From the NCBI GenBank assembly GCA_963718615.1, contig OY970368.1, forward strand, positions 4,352,001-4,416,000: DNA of 64,000 nt, in the 5' to 3' direction. The position numbers and the translations under genes were made by a program. The notes below the pieces were generated by a model. It had not been told where the DNA came from. It saw nothing but the letters and a program-made list of their open reading frames with translations, and did not search any database. The stretch comes from an uncultured cyanobacterium (GTDB lineage Bacteria; Cyanobacteriota; Cyanobacteriia; PCC-9006; JAAUQQ01). Numbering within the stretch: position 1 is the stretch's first letter; each line of letters opens with the position of its first letter. Below are positions 28,709-39,287 of this stretch, piece by piece.

Positions 28709-30369
28709 GGAAGCCGACTGATCAAATCACCCCGTCGAAAGGTTGCAGATAGCTGCTGTAAGGAAATCTCTTGTTCTCCATACAGATCCTGGAGTGCCTG
28801 TTGAATATCCTGCAAGGCGGTATTGAAGTAGGCTTCACCCTTTTGTTCAATCAGTCGTTGAGCGGATTGGAAGTTTTGATGGCTAATCTCTCTCATTTGA
28901 ACATTCAGGTCAGACAGAAGTTTTTGTCCCATCTGCATGGCAATAAAGCATGAACCATAGCGAACAAAATTTGGGTCATTTGGCTCCGGTCTTTTACGGC
29001 GATTTTCTGCAATTCTGTAAAGCTGAACAGCGGTTACAATTTGCGCTCCGTTCAATTGTTCCGTGAAGATCGAATCATACAGTTTGCCAAAATGTTCACG
29101 GGAGAAGAATTTGGCCTGATGCGGTTTTCTTCGCCAAACCGATAACACGGCTTCCGCAGCGACCCCTGAAGTGATATCCGTAGATCGAGTGCTCGTATCA
29201 GAGCGTTTACGCCGATAATTAAACCCTAATTGCTGAATATCCATTTCCAATCTTTGCTGACGCTCATCATTGGCGCGTAAGTCTTTGAGATCTACGGGGT
29301 TTTGGCTATTAGTTGCGTAGGTAATCCTTTGAACTAAACCTTCATTTTCACGCGGTAATTGATAAAGTCGCAGAAGAACATAAGCTTGGGTATTTTGATG
29401 CAACAAAGCCGGTTCTTGCAGCGTTTTGAAGATGGTCATGCAGGTTTGACCACCGTTAATGATTTGTAGATTTTCGACACGTACCTGATAATTACTATCT
29501 TGCAATGCGTTAAATGAAAAACCATCGCAAGTCAGAGTGATCCCGTTGTTGTAGAAGTAAAAGTTGTTTTTTTCATCACTCATTAAAGTATGGCGGATAC
29601 CCTCATTGACGCGATTTCCTTGCAAACCTAGGTAGCGACGAATATTGCGCTCTAATAATCGTTCACCATGTCGCTCAATGAGGGCTGCAATTTCAGTCAC
29701 GGCAATCCTGCCGACGAGTACCCGGCTAAACTCCATATCTTCCACCATGGCTTTGCCGCTGAGCTGCAAAGTCTCTTTCACAGGTTTAGACGCTTGAAGA
29801 ATTTTGACTAAACGCTCGTGATTAACATGTTCCCACGTCACTTGATCACCAAACCCAGTCCGTTGAATCGCTTCCTGGGCAGATGCATTCCACGTCAGCC
29901 CATTATTACAAGCGAGTGCTCGAACTTGTGGAATATAGCCATCTCGAATCAAGCTACGGGCTTCTTCTACCTTTGCGAGTAGTCGTTCATTAATATGCTC
30001 TAATCTAGCTGCGGGATTAAACAAGTATTGAATTGCTTTGATTAAACTCTCTATGCCTCCTTCAGGAAAGTTAGCGTTGCCCTCTAAATTATTCCTATAT
30101 TTTGCTTGAAATAAACTAACTGTAAATTCACCATCATACTCTTCAGAGATATGCATCGCATCTACGCCAAAGTCACCCCCTCCTTCGGTTAAGCAATCAA
30201 AAGCGTCGTCGTTTTCTAAATCCAAGATGGTTTTCACACAGAGGTACACAAAGGCCAGAGACTTGAGCCTGTTTTCATCTCTGATGTGTAACTCTGCGGA
30301 AGCCTGTTGACGAATATCGTTAACGACTCCTCCTAAGCGTTGGTCAATAATAGATGCGTTGATATTCAT
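28705..30369 (-). CDS. AIPR (abortive infection phage resistance) family protein
   Basis: GGDFGVDA, FQAKY, ERNIRRYLG, FYFYNNGIT, QIINGGQT, ATNSQN, DLRAND; start MNINAS at 30369 (ORF-track extension is repeat DNA); AT-rich, no HIP1 seen. Confidence 0.9.
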   Translation of the reverse strand: MNINASIIDQRLGGVVNDIRQQASAELHIRDENRLKSLAFVYLCVKTILDLENDDAFDCLTEGGGDFGVDAMHISEEYDGEFTVSLFQAKYRNNLEGNANFPEGGIESLIKAIQYLFNPAARLEHINERLLAKVEEARSLIRDGYIPQVRALACNNGLTWNASAQEAIQRTGFGDQVTWEHVNHERLVKILQASKPVKETLQLSGKAMVEDMEFSRVLVGRIAVTEIAALIERHGERLLERNIRRYLGLQGNRVNEGIRHTLMSDEKNNFYFYNNGITLTCDGFSFNALQDSNYQVRVENLQIINGGQTCMTIFKTLQEPALLHQNTQAYVLLRLYQLPRENEGLVQRITYATNSQNPVDLKDLRANDERQQRLEMDIQQLGFNYRRKRSDTSTRSTDITSGVAAEAVLSVWRRKPHQAKFFSREHFGKLYDSIFTEQLNGAQIVTAVQLYRIAENRRKRPEPNDPNFVRYGSCFIAMQMGQKLLSDLNVQMREISHQNFQSAQRLIEQKGEAYFNTALQDIQQALQDLYGEQEISLQQLSATFRRGDLISRLP

Positions 30370-30468
30370 GTTGACATTGATAAGATTCAACTGAAACCTA
30401 CCCAGCGCCTGTGCAATCCCCTCTAGGGGGCGGCGTCCCCGACCTTTGGGCCGATGATGGTGCATCAC

Positions 30469-30523
30469 GGACCCTGCATGGGGTGTGGAAGGCACAGGCC
30501 CGTACCGTTCGATCTAAATTCAT
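30469..30523. repeat. 55-bp direct repeat, copy 2
   Basis: Matches 28654-28708 with one mismatch. Confidence 0.92.
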
Positions 30524-30608
30524 TCTCGTTCCTAAGTGTAAAATTTCAGGAAAGCCGACAATTCTTTGGGTAATACAAAGATAGAGTCCTACGTTTGGAG
30601 TTGCCCCG

Positions 30609-31061
30609 ATGACGGATCCGGTCTCAATGACGGCTGGCGCGATCGCCACCCTAGCGTTCCAGAAGTTTATCGAGTCGAGTGCGGGTAAGTTGGGCGAGAA
30701 GTATACGATGGAGGCGATCGCCAAGATGGAGAGCCTGCTCAAGCGCATCTGGACGAAGCTGCGGGGCAAGCCTCGGATCGAAGAAGTCAGAGCCTCGATT
30801 GAGAAAACCCACAAAATCACGCCGGAACAGATCAACCAGGTTGCGGCCTATTTGCAGGTCGCCATCGATGATGATCCCCAATTTGGCTCAGAGCTTCAGG
30901 CGTTAGCTCAGGAGATTAATGCCGGAAAGCTGCAAGATAACAGCAACATGGTGCAAAACGTGACCGGCGACAACAATATGAATGTCCAGGCAAAAGCTGA
31001 ACAAGGCGGGAAGCAGTGGATTGCTGACAAGCAGTACTTTGGTACCTCTGAGTTGGATTAG
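30609..31061 (+). CDS. Bell-like helical protein with C-terminal amyloid-like motif (putative NLR effector)
   Basis: MTDPVSMTAGAIATLAF hydrophobic start, DDDPQFGSELQAL domain end, N/Q/G-rich tail whose motif recurs at the start of the next gene. Confidence 0.75.
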   Translation: MTDPVSMTAGAIATLAFQKFIESSAGKLGEKYTMEAIAKMESLLKRIWTKLRGKPRIEEVRASIEKTHKITPEQINQVAAYLQVAIDDDPQFGSELQALAQEINAGKLQDNSNMVQNVTGDNNMNVQAKAEQGGKQWIADKQYFGTSELD

Positions 31062-31072
31062 GAAGCGCTCCC

Positions 31073-33205
31073 ATGGATATTCACGCCCAGGCATCTGACG
31101 GGGGAAAACAATGGATTGCCCAGGAACAGCACTTCCACACCTATCCCCCAACGCCGAAAGAAATTGTTGGCATTCCCCACAACCTGCCCTACAGCGGCAT
31201 TGTGCAATTCGTTGGGCGCGACGCTGACCTGGAGCGCCTGCACGCGCAACTGCAACCGGGCACCACCGTGGCGATTTCTGCTGTCGCGGGGATGGGGGGG
31301 ATTGGTAAGACCGAACTGGCGCTGCAATATGCCCTCCAGCAGCTAGAGACGGAAGCCTACCCCGGCGGCATTTGTTGGCTGCGGGCGAGGGAAGATGTGG
31401 GGTTGCAAATCGTTTCCTTTGCCAGAATCAGCCTGGGGTTAGTGCTGCCCGAGGGGCTGGAATTAGTGGAGCAGGTGGCGTTTTGTTGGCAGCGGTGGCC
31501 CGCCCAGCCGACGTTGGTGGTGTTGGATGATGTGCAGGCATACGCGGACATTGCGCCGTTTTTGCCGCCGCCCAGCCCGCAGTTCAAATCGCAGTTCAAA
31601 TCGCAGTTCAAGATCCTGCTGACGTCGAGATCGCGCTTCGGCAGTCCGGTAAAAAATTACGACATCCAGGTGCTGAGCGAGGCGGCCTCGCTGGCGTTGT
31701 TGCGGTCTTTGGTGGCGGATGGCCGGATTGACCAGGATTTAGCCGGAGCCGAGCAAGTTTGTGAATGGTTGGGCTATTTGCCCTTGGGGCTGGAATTGGT
31801 GGGGCGCTACCTGGCGGGGAAACCAGGCACGACAATCGCGACCCTCTGGCAACGCTTGCAGGCCCAACGGCTAGCGGCAAAGGCCCTGCTGGCCGCCGAG
31901 CCCGAGATGACCGCAACCCTGGGCGTGACGGCTGCGTTTGAGTTGAGCTGGCAGGACTTGACCCCAGCGGCGCAGGAGGTGGCGAAGCTGTTGAGTGTGT
32001 TTGCCGGGGCAGAGATTCCCTGGGGGCTGGTACAGGCTTGTTTGCCCGAGGGGGACGAGGAAGATTTGGAGGCGGTGCGGGATGGGGAGCTGGTGCGGGG
32101 AAGTTGGTTGCGGTTTGTGGGGGCAGAGAGCTATCAACTACATCAATTGCTGCGGGAGTTTTTTGCAGCGAAGCTGGCCGGGGAGGAACGGCAGCGGTTG
32201 AAAACGGCAGTGGCGACGACGATGATTGCCGTGGCGCAACAAATTCCCCAATCGCCGACGTTGGCGCAGATTCAGGCAGTGGAGACCGCGATCCCGCACC
32301 TGAAGGCAGTGGCGACCGATTTGATGAAACTGGAAACACCGGAGGAGCTTTATCTTCCTGATGAAGATGATGTAACTACGGTATTCACTCGGATTGCTTG
32401 GTTTTATGAAGGTCAGGGACTCTATGCAGAAGCGGAGCCTTGGTATGCGGATTGTTTGACCGTGGTGCGAGCGCTCCTCGGCGAGCAGCATCCCGATGTC
32501 GCCACCAGCCTCAACAATTTGGCAGCACTCTATTATGCCCAGGGCCGGTACGAGTTAGCGGAACCGCTCTATGAGCAAGCCTTGGAACTGAGGCGAGCGC
32601 TCCTAGGCGAGCAGCATCCCGATGTCGCACAAAGCCTCAACAATTTGGCATTACTTTACTGGCAACAAGGACAATACGAAAAAGCAATCCCGCTCTGTCA
32701 GGAAGCGCTGGAAATGCGCCAATCGTTATTGGGAGAGCAACATCCAGATATTGCAACTAGCTTGCTGAGTTTGGCAGTACTCTATAAGTCCCAGGGCCGG
32801 TACGAGTTAGCCGAACCGCTCTATCAGCAAGCCTTGGAACTGTTGCGATCGCTCCTCGGCGAGCAGCATCCCGATGTCGCCACCAGCCTCAACAATTTGG
32901 CATTACTCTATGATTCCCAGGGCCGGTACGAGTTAGCGGAACCGCTCTATCAGCAAGCCTTGGAACTGACGCGATCGCTCCTCGGCGAGCAGCATCCCCA
33001 TGTCGCCACCAGCCTCAACAATTTGGCCGTGCTCTATGCCTATCAGGAGCGCTTCACCGAGGCAGAACCCTTGTTGGTGCAAGCGTTAGCCCTGCGTCAG
33101 CAACTTTTGGGCAACCAGCATCCCGATACCGTCAGCACGCAGCGGAGTTTGGAAAATGTGCGACAAGCGATGGGCCAGTCAACGGAGATGCGTAGGTTGG
33201 GTTGA
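31073..33205 (+). CDS. NB-ARC/TPR STAND NTPase (NLR-like) with short N-terminal motif
   Basis: PHNLP, FVGRD, Walker A GMGGIGKT, Walker B LVVLDDV, LLTSR, LGYLPLGL, LHQLLREF; five full 42-aa LLGEQHP TPRs; no N-terminal effector domain. Confidence 0.93.
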   Translation: MDIHAQASDGGKQWIAQEQHFHTYPPTPKEIVGIPHNLPYSGIVQFVGRDADLERLHAQLQPGTTVAISAVAGMGGIGKTELALQYALQQLETEAYPGGICWLRAREDVGLQIVSFARISLGLVLPEGLELVEQVAFCWQRWPAQPTLVVLDDVQAYADIAPFLPPPSPQFKSQFKSQFKILLTSRSRFGSPVKNYDIQVLSEAASLALLRSLVADGRIDQDLAGAEQVCEWLGYLPLGLELVGRYLAGKPGTTIATLWQRLQAQRLAAKALLAAEPEMTATLGVTAAFELSWQDLTPAAQEVAKLLSVFAGAEIPWGLVQACLPEGDEEDLEAVRDGELVRGSWLRFVGAESYQLHQLLREFFAAKLAGEERQRLKTAVATTMIAVAQQIPQSPTLAQIQAVETAIPHLKAVATDLMKLETPEELYLPDEDDVTTVFTRIAWFYEGQGLYAEAEPWYADCLTVVRALLGEQHPDVATSLNNLAALYYAQGRYELAEPLYEQALELRRALLGEQHPDVAQSLNNLALLYWQQGQYEKAIPLCQEALEMRQSLLGEQHPDIATSLLSLAVLYKSQGRYELAEPLYQQALELLRSLLGEQHPDVATSLNNLALLYDSQGRYELAEPLYQQALELTRSLLGEQHPHVATSLNNLAVLYAYQERFTEAEPLLVQALALRQQLLGNQHPDTVSTQRSLENVRQAMGQSTEMRRLG

Positions 33206-33439
33206 GGCACGAAACCCAACATGCACAAGCACAAGCTCTGTTGGGTTTCGCGACACAAGCTCTGTTGGGTTTCGCGACACAAGCCCTGTTGGGTTTCGCG
33301 ACACAAGCTCTGTTGGGTTTCGCGACACAAGCCCTGTTGGGTTTCGCGACACAAGCTCTGTTGGGTTTCGCGACACAAGCTCTGTTGGGTTTCGCGACAC
33401 AAGCTCTGTTGGGTTTCGCTAGGGCTCAACCCAACCTAC
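33192..33439. repeat. GTAG-type REP pair containing an 8 x 24-bp tandem array
   Basis: GTAGGTTGGGTTGAG..GAAACCCAAC and GTTGGGTTTC..CTCAACCCAACCTAC flank units CACAAGCYCTGTTGGGTTTCGCGA at 33230-33419; no spacers. Confidence 0.9.
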
Positions 33440-33503
33440 GAATTTGCTGGGTTTCAGGAATTGTATCAGCCCATCAGACACAAGCCAGCCCTGGGTCCAC
33501 CCC

Positions 33504-35582
<2,079 letters not shown>

Positions 35583-35675
35583 TTAGGGATATGCGAGTAT
35601 TTAATGTGTACGGATTATAACTCCGTGGGTATCCTGGGATCGCCCCTCCCATTCTCACCGCTCTTGGCTACCGCT

Positions 35676-36380
35676 ATGCAGCAGATTTTACTGATTGAAG
35701 ATGAGCCCCTCATCCGCGAAAGTTTGGAAGATGTGCTTTCGCTAGAGGGGTTTAGCCTGATTACAGCACGAGATGGCAAGGCAGGCTTGCAGGCGATACA
35801 CCAGCGTCGCCCGGATTTGGTCATCTGCGACATCAATATGCCGGAGATGGACGGCTATAAAGTCCTGGATGCCCTGCGTCAGGAGCCCACAACCCAGAAT
35901 ATTCCATTTATTTTTCTGACGGCTCGGTCGAGCCGCACGGACCAACGCCACGGCATGGAGTTGGGGGCCGATGATTATTTGACGAAGCCGTTTACCGTCG
36001 AGGAGTTGATGAATGCGGTGCGAACCCGCTTACAGCGTCACGAGAAGATCGAGGAGAAGTTTACCTCGGAAGTGTGCCGCAATCAGGCGTTGCAGCAACA
36101 GGTGCGCAGCAAGGAAGAGCTAGCGACGCTAAAGGCGCGTCTCTTGGACAAGGTGATTGAAGAATTTCGCACACCGCTGGCCAATGTCAACATGGCGTTG
36201 AGTATGCTGGAGCGGGTTAGAACCGATGAGGAGCGCGATCGCTATCTCGGGATTTTGCGGCAGGAATATTCGCGGCAGGCCGCGCTGATTGCGGAAGTTG
36301 CCAATCTCCAGGAGATGACCACGCCCAGAAATGGCCAGCAGGTCCCCCGGCTGAATTTGACGAGCACGAAGCTGTTTTAG
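35676..36380 (+). CDS. Response regulator fused to degenerate HisKA-like helix
   Basis: LLIEDE, CDINMP, FLTA, DDYLTKPF; C-terminal EEFRTPL; no HATPase domain; start MQQ at 35676. Confidence 0.88.
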   Translation: MQQILLIEDEPLIRESLEDVLSLEGFSLITARDGKAGLQAIHQRRPDLVICDINMPEMDGYKVLDALRQEPTTQNIPFIFLTARSSRTDQRHGMELGADDYLTKPFTVEELMNAVRTRLQRHEKIEEKFTSEVCRNQALQQQVRSKEELATLKARLLDKVIEEFRTPLANVNMALSMLERVRTDEERDRYLGILRQEYSRQAALIAEVANLQEMTTPRNGQQVPRLNLTSTKLF

Positions 36381-36587
36381 CGTTGTTCATCAGGTCTTGC
36401 ATCCCCATACAAGGCCCTGATGGAACGATAGCCCTTTAATCCCGTCAATCCCATTAATCTCATCAGAATCACCCTTTCAGCCAACGTCTTGCGATCCTGA
36501 GTTTCAGTTTTAGCAACTGACCCCATTTGGGGGGAGCAGCCCTCCATAATCAACGGTAAGCCGTGGATTTTTCTGGAGCAATGGATT

Positions 36588-37583
36588 ATGGCTCGTTCTG
36601 CACGATTCAATTTTGCGGGTTTATTGTCCAGTGGATTGGCCTGTGGTGTTTTGTTGGTGAGTTGTAGCTCAGCTCCGAGTTCCATGGCTGGGTCTACAGC
36701 CGGGAGCGATCGCGCCCTCCCCGAAGCTGCTCCAGCGCCCAGCGAAGCTGAAGCGGATCAGATGTTCGCTCAAGAAGTTACGGGTTCCTCGGGTTCCTCA
36801 CCCAGCAACACAACCCCAATTCCAGCTCCGCCAGAAGCGCCTCGGGCCACCCAAGCGAAACCCCAGCTCATCAAAATCGCTAATTTGTCCCTGGAAGTGG
36901 AGGATGCGATCGCCTCGGTCAAAACCATCCGCACCCTGGTCGAAAAACAACAGGGCGATGTGCTGAACCTTCAGGAAAACACCATTCCCGGCACCGCCAC
37001 TCCCCGCAGTGCCCAGCTTGAATTGCGTGTGCCTGCGGCTCGGCTGGAGTTGACGCTGGATGAACTGGCCAAGCTGGGTCAGGTGGAAAACCGGGCGATC
37101 GCCGCAGAAGATGTGTCGGGACAACTGGTAGATGCGGAAGCGCGGCTGCGCAATCTGCGCAAGCAGGAGGAGATGACGCTGAAAATTATGGAGCGATCGG
37201 GGGAAATTAAGGATGTGTTGGCGGTGAGCCAGGAGCTCAGCAATGTCCGCCAGAGCATCGAGCAACTCGACGCCCAACTGCAATCGCTCAAAACCCGTGT
37301 GGCCTATTCGACGATTAATCTGTCCATTCAGGAACCCTTGGCGGCGGCAGGGATTGAACCGAATCTCGGCAACGAAATTAAATCCGCCTGGGGCAATGCC
37401 ACCCGCTCGGTGGGGGCCTTTAGCCGGGGGCTGATGGTGGTGGGGCTGTGGCTGTTGGCCTATAGTCCCTATTTGGGGCTGCTGGCGGCGGCGATTTACT
37501 TTGGGCGGCAGGCGTTGCGATCGCGTTCCACCCCGTCCCATTCCCCCAGTTCTGCCAATGCGTCTTCAGGGGGTGAACCGTAA
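36588..37583 (+). CDS. DUF4349-domain lipoprotein
   Basis: LVSC lipobox; LIKIANLSLEV, LRVPA, EDVSGQLVDAEARLRNL, VAYSTINL; C-terminal TM. Confidence 0.85.
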   Translation: MARSARFNFAGLLSSGLACGVLLVSCSSAPSSMAGSTAGSDRALPEAAPAPSEAEADQMFAQEVTGSSGSSPSNTTPIPAPPEAPRATQAKPQLIKIANLSLEVEDAIASVKTIRTLVEKQQGDVLNLQENTIPGTATPRSAQLELRVPAARLELTLDELAKLGQVENRAIAAEDVSGQLVDAEARLRNLRKQEEMTLKIMERSGEIKDVLAVSQELSNVRQSIEQLDAQLQSLKTRVAYSTINLSIQEPLAAAGIEPNLGNEIKSAWGNATRSVGAFSRGLMVVGLWLLAYSPYLGLLAAAIYFGRQALRSRSTPSHSPSSANASSGGEP

Positions 37584-37685
37584 ATTTCAGGGTTATTCCA
37601 GGGTCAGTTATTGCATCATGATGCCGCAAGAAAAATGGGTATATTATGGACATAAAGTGCATTGTCGTGATTCTCGTCTAAATCG

Positions 37686-37970
37686 ATGCAAAAACTGACT
37701 ATTCAAGTTAGAACAGCAGATAACCTTCTCGATTTACTGAAAGCGCAAAAATCGGGTTGTTGGGTTATTGCTCAAGCTAAAGAGCAGGAAATTACTCACG
37801 TTGAAATCGTCAATTTTGATGGCTCTCAAAAAATAGAAGCTGTCTTTGATTTGGAATCTAGTGAGCGACTTGAGGATGGAAGATTCATTATTGGCTTTGT
37901 AGATGCCTGCATTAGAAACTGCTCGGTAAGTTTCGATGGCCGCAACCCTGTCCGTTATCTCTTGAACTAA
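37686..37970 (+). CDS. Hypothetical protein (AT-rich islet)
   Basis: 94-aa ATG ORF with globular composition ending GRNPVRY. Confidence 0.55.
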   Translation: MQKLTIQVRTADNLLDLLKAQKSGCWVIAQAKEQEITHVEIVNFDGSQKIEAVFDLESSERLEDGRFIIGFVDACIRNCSVSFDGRNPVRYLLN

Positions 37971-38378
37971 TAGACCTTTTGCATCAGTCGAGATCGCGAA
38001 CAAATCTGCAAGTATTTTAGGCTGAAAATAACAATTCCCTGAGTAAAACGAGACGAAGAGACCCTCTTTCGAGTCGCGCAATCTATCATAGTAGGAGGAA
38101 CTCACACAGGTTTTGCCAGGGGCTATGATCGGTATGGATTAATGTTCGCTGAGCCAATCGGTGTTCGTCTTGACCCCGATGGTTCGACTCTTCCTTTATT
38201 CTATGGCGAGGTAAAGATTGATGCAGACAACCAATACCATCTGAAATGAACCCCTCGAAGGCCGATTATCAGCGAGTGAGTTGGCTTAGGCGGATCGGTC
38301 TCTCGTCGCTGCATCACAATCCTCATCACAATCCTGGCGCAGTTATCCCTACAATAAGGCCGAGGGTCAAGAGGCAGC

Positions 38379-39287
38379 ATGAGCATGGGCGTTGAGCGAA
38401 GCAAGAGGTTGCGATCTAAGGGAATCTGGGCTGGACTGAGATGGGCGATCGCCTTCACACTCTGTTTGCTTCTGCTCTACATCCCCGCTGCCCACGCCGG
38501 TCCCCTGGGCGATCGCCTCGCCCAATTTCCCCAGTGGACCAGTCCTCCACCCACCCAGCCCGCTAACGGCGATTTGGCCTATCCCGATTGGTTTCAAGGC
38601 ACCTGGCAAGCAACCAGCACGTTGGTAGATTTGGCCGCGCCCTTGGCTCCGGAGGTCAATAGCCCTGGATTTGAGGGCAATAAAACATTGCTGGAGCAAC
38701 CTGTAGATTTTACCGTGCGGTTTGTGCCGAGGCGATTGCGTCGTTCCCTCAGTCCAGCCCTGCCGGGTCCCGTACAAATCGTCGCCGATCGCGCCTTCAA
38801 TGGTCTTAATATTGCCCGTGCCTATCTGGGGAAAGACCTAGTGGTTCGTGTAGACACTGACCCTCAAGATCCCAATCGGCAGGTGACGATCCTGCGGGGC
38901 AATCGCAGTTTGGTGTCGACGATTCCGGCGCGGGCGATTGAAACGGAGGGCGATCGCACTTTCACCACCAGCGAAATCTTCCAGCAGGTGTTTCGCGGCA
39001 CAGGCAATCCCTATCTCAATCAAGTTGAAACCACAACCGCCTATCGCTATTACCCCGACGACGATTCGGAATACCAGGAGCCGGTGATTTTGGCCGACCA
39101 AGTGACCGCAGTCTACCTTTCGCCCCAGGACGAAAACTATTTCAAAGCGGCGAACCGTCCGATTGCCCTCTATCGCTATCGCCTTGATCTGCGGCCTGTC
39201 GTGCCCGCCGCACTGCCGCCCGCCGCTGCCGTTCGGCCTCTAGGGGATGGGGGGGATTCTGGGGAAAGGGATAGCGCAGCCGTTTGA
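38379..39287 (+). CDS. Conserved cyanobacterial exported protein (DUF6816-like)
   Basis: GDLAYPDWFQGTW, ADRAFNG, NQVETTTAY, YLSPQD. Confidence 0.7.
   Translation: MSMGVERSKRLRSKGIWAGLRWAIAFTLCLLLLYIPAAHAGPLGDRLAQFPQWTSPPPTQPANGDLAYPDWFQGTWQATSTLVDLAAPLAPEVNSPGFEGNKTLLEQPVDFTVRFVPRRLRRSLSPALPGPVQIVADRAFNGLNIARAYLGKDLVVRVDTDPQDPNRQVTILRGNRSLVSTIPARAIETEGDRTFTTSEIFQQVFRGTGNPYLNQVETTTAYRYYPDDDSEYQEPVILADQVTAVYLSPQDENYFKAANRPIALYRYRLDLRPVVPAALPPAAAVRPLGDGGDSGERDSAAV

Noticed and set aside
30370-30495. N-terminal extension of AIPR in the ORF track
   Set aside because: Reads through repeat DNA; the sister repeat yields the same peptide in spurious ORFs
11756-30523. Classical integron
   Set aside because: No tyrosine recombinase and no clear attC RYYYAAC/GTTRRRY ends were recognised around the cassette-like genes
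33230-33419. Possible CRISPR array
   Set aside because: Units are head-to-tail with no unique spacers and there are no cas genes; the repeat-derived ORFs in all frames are also spurious
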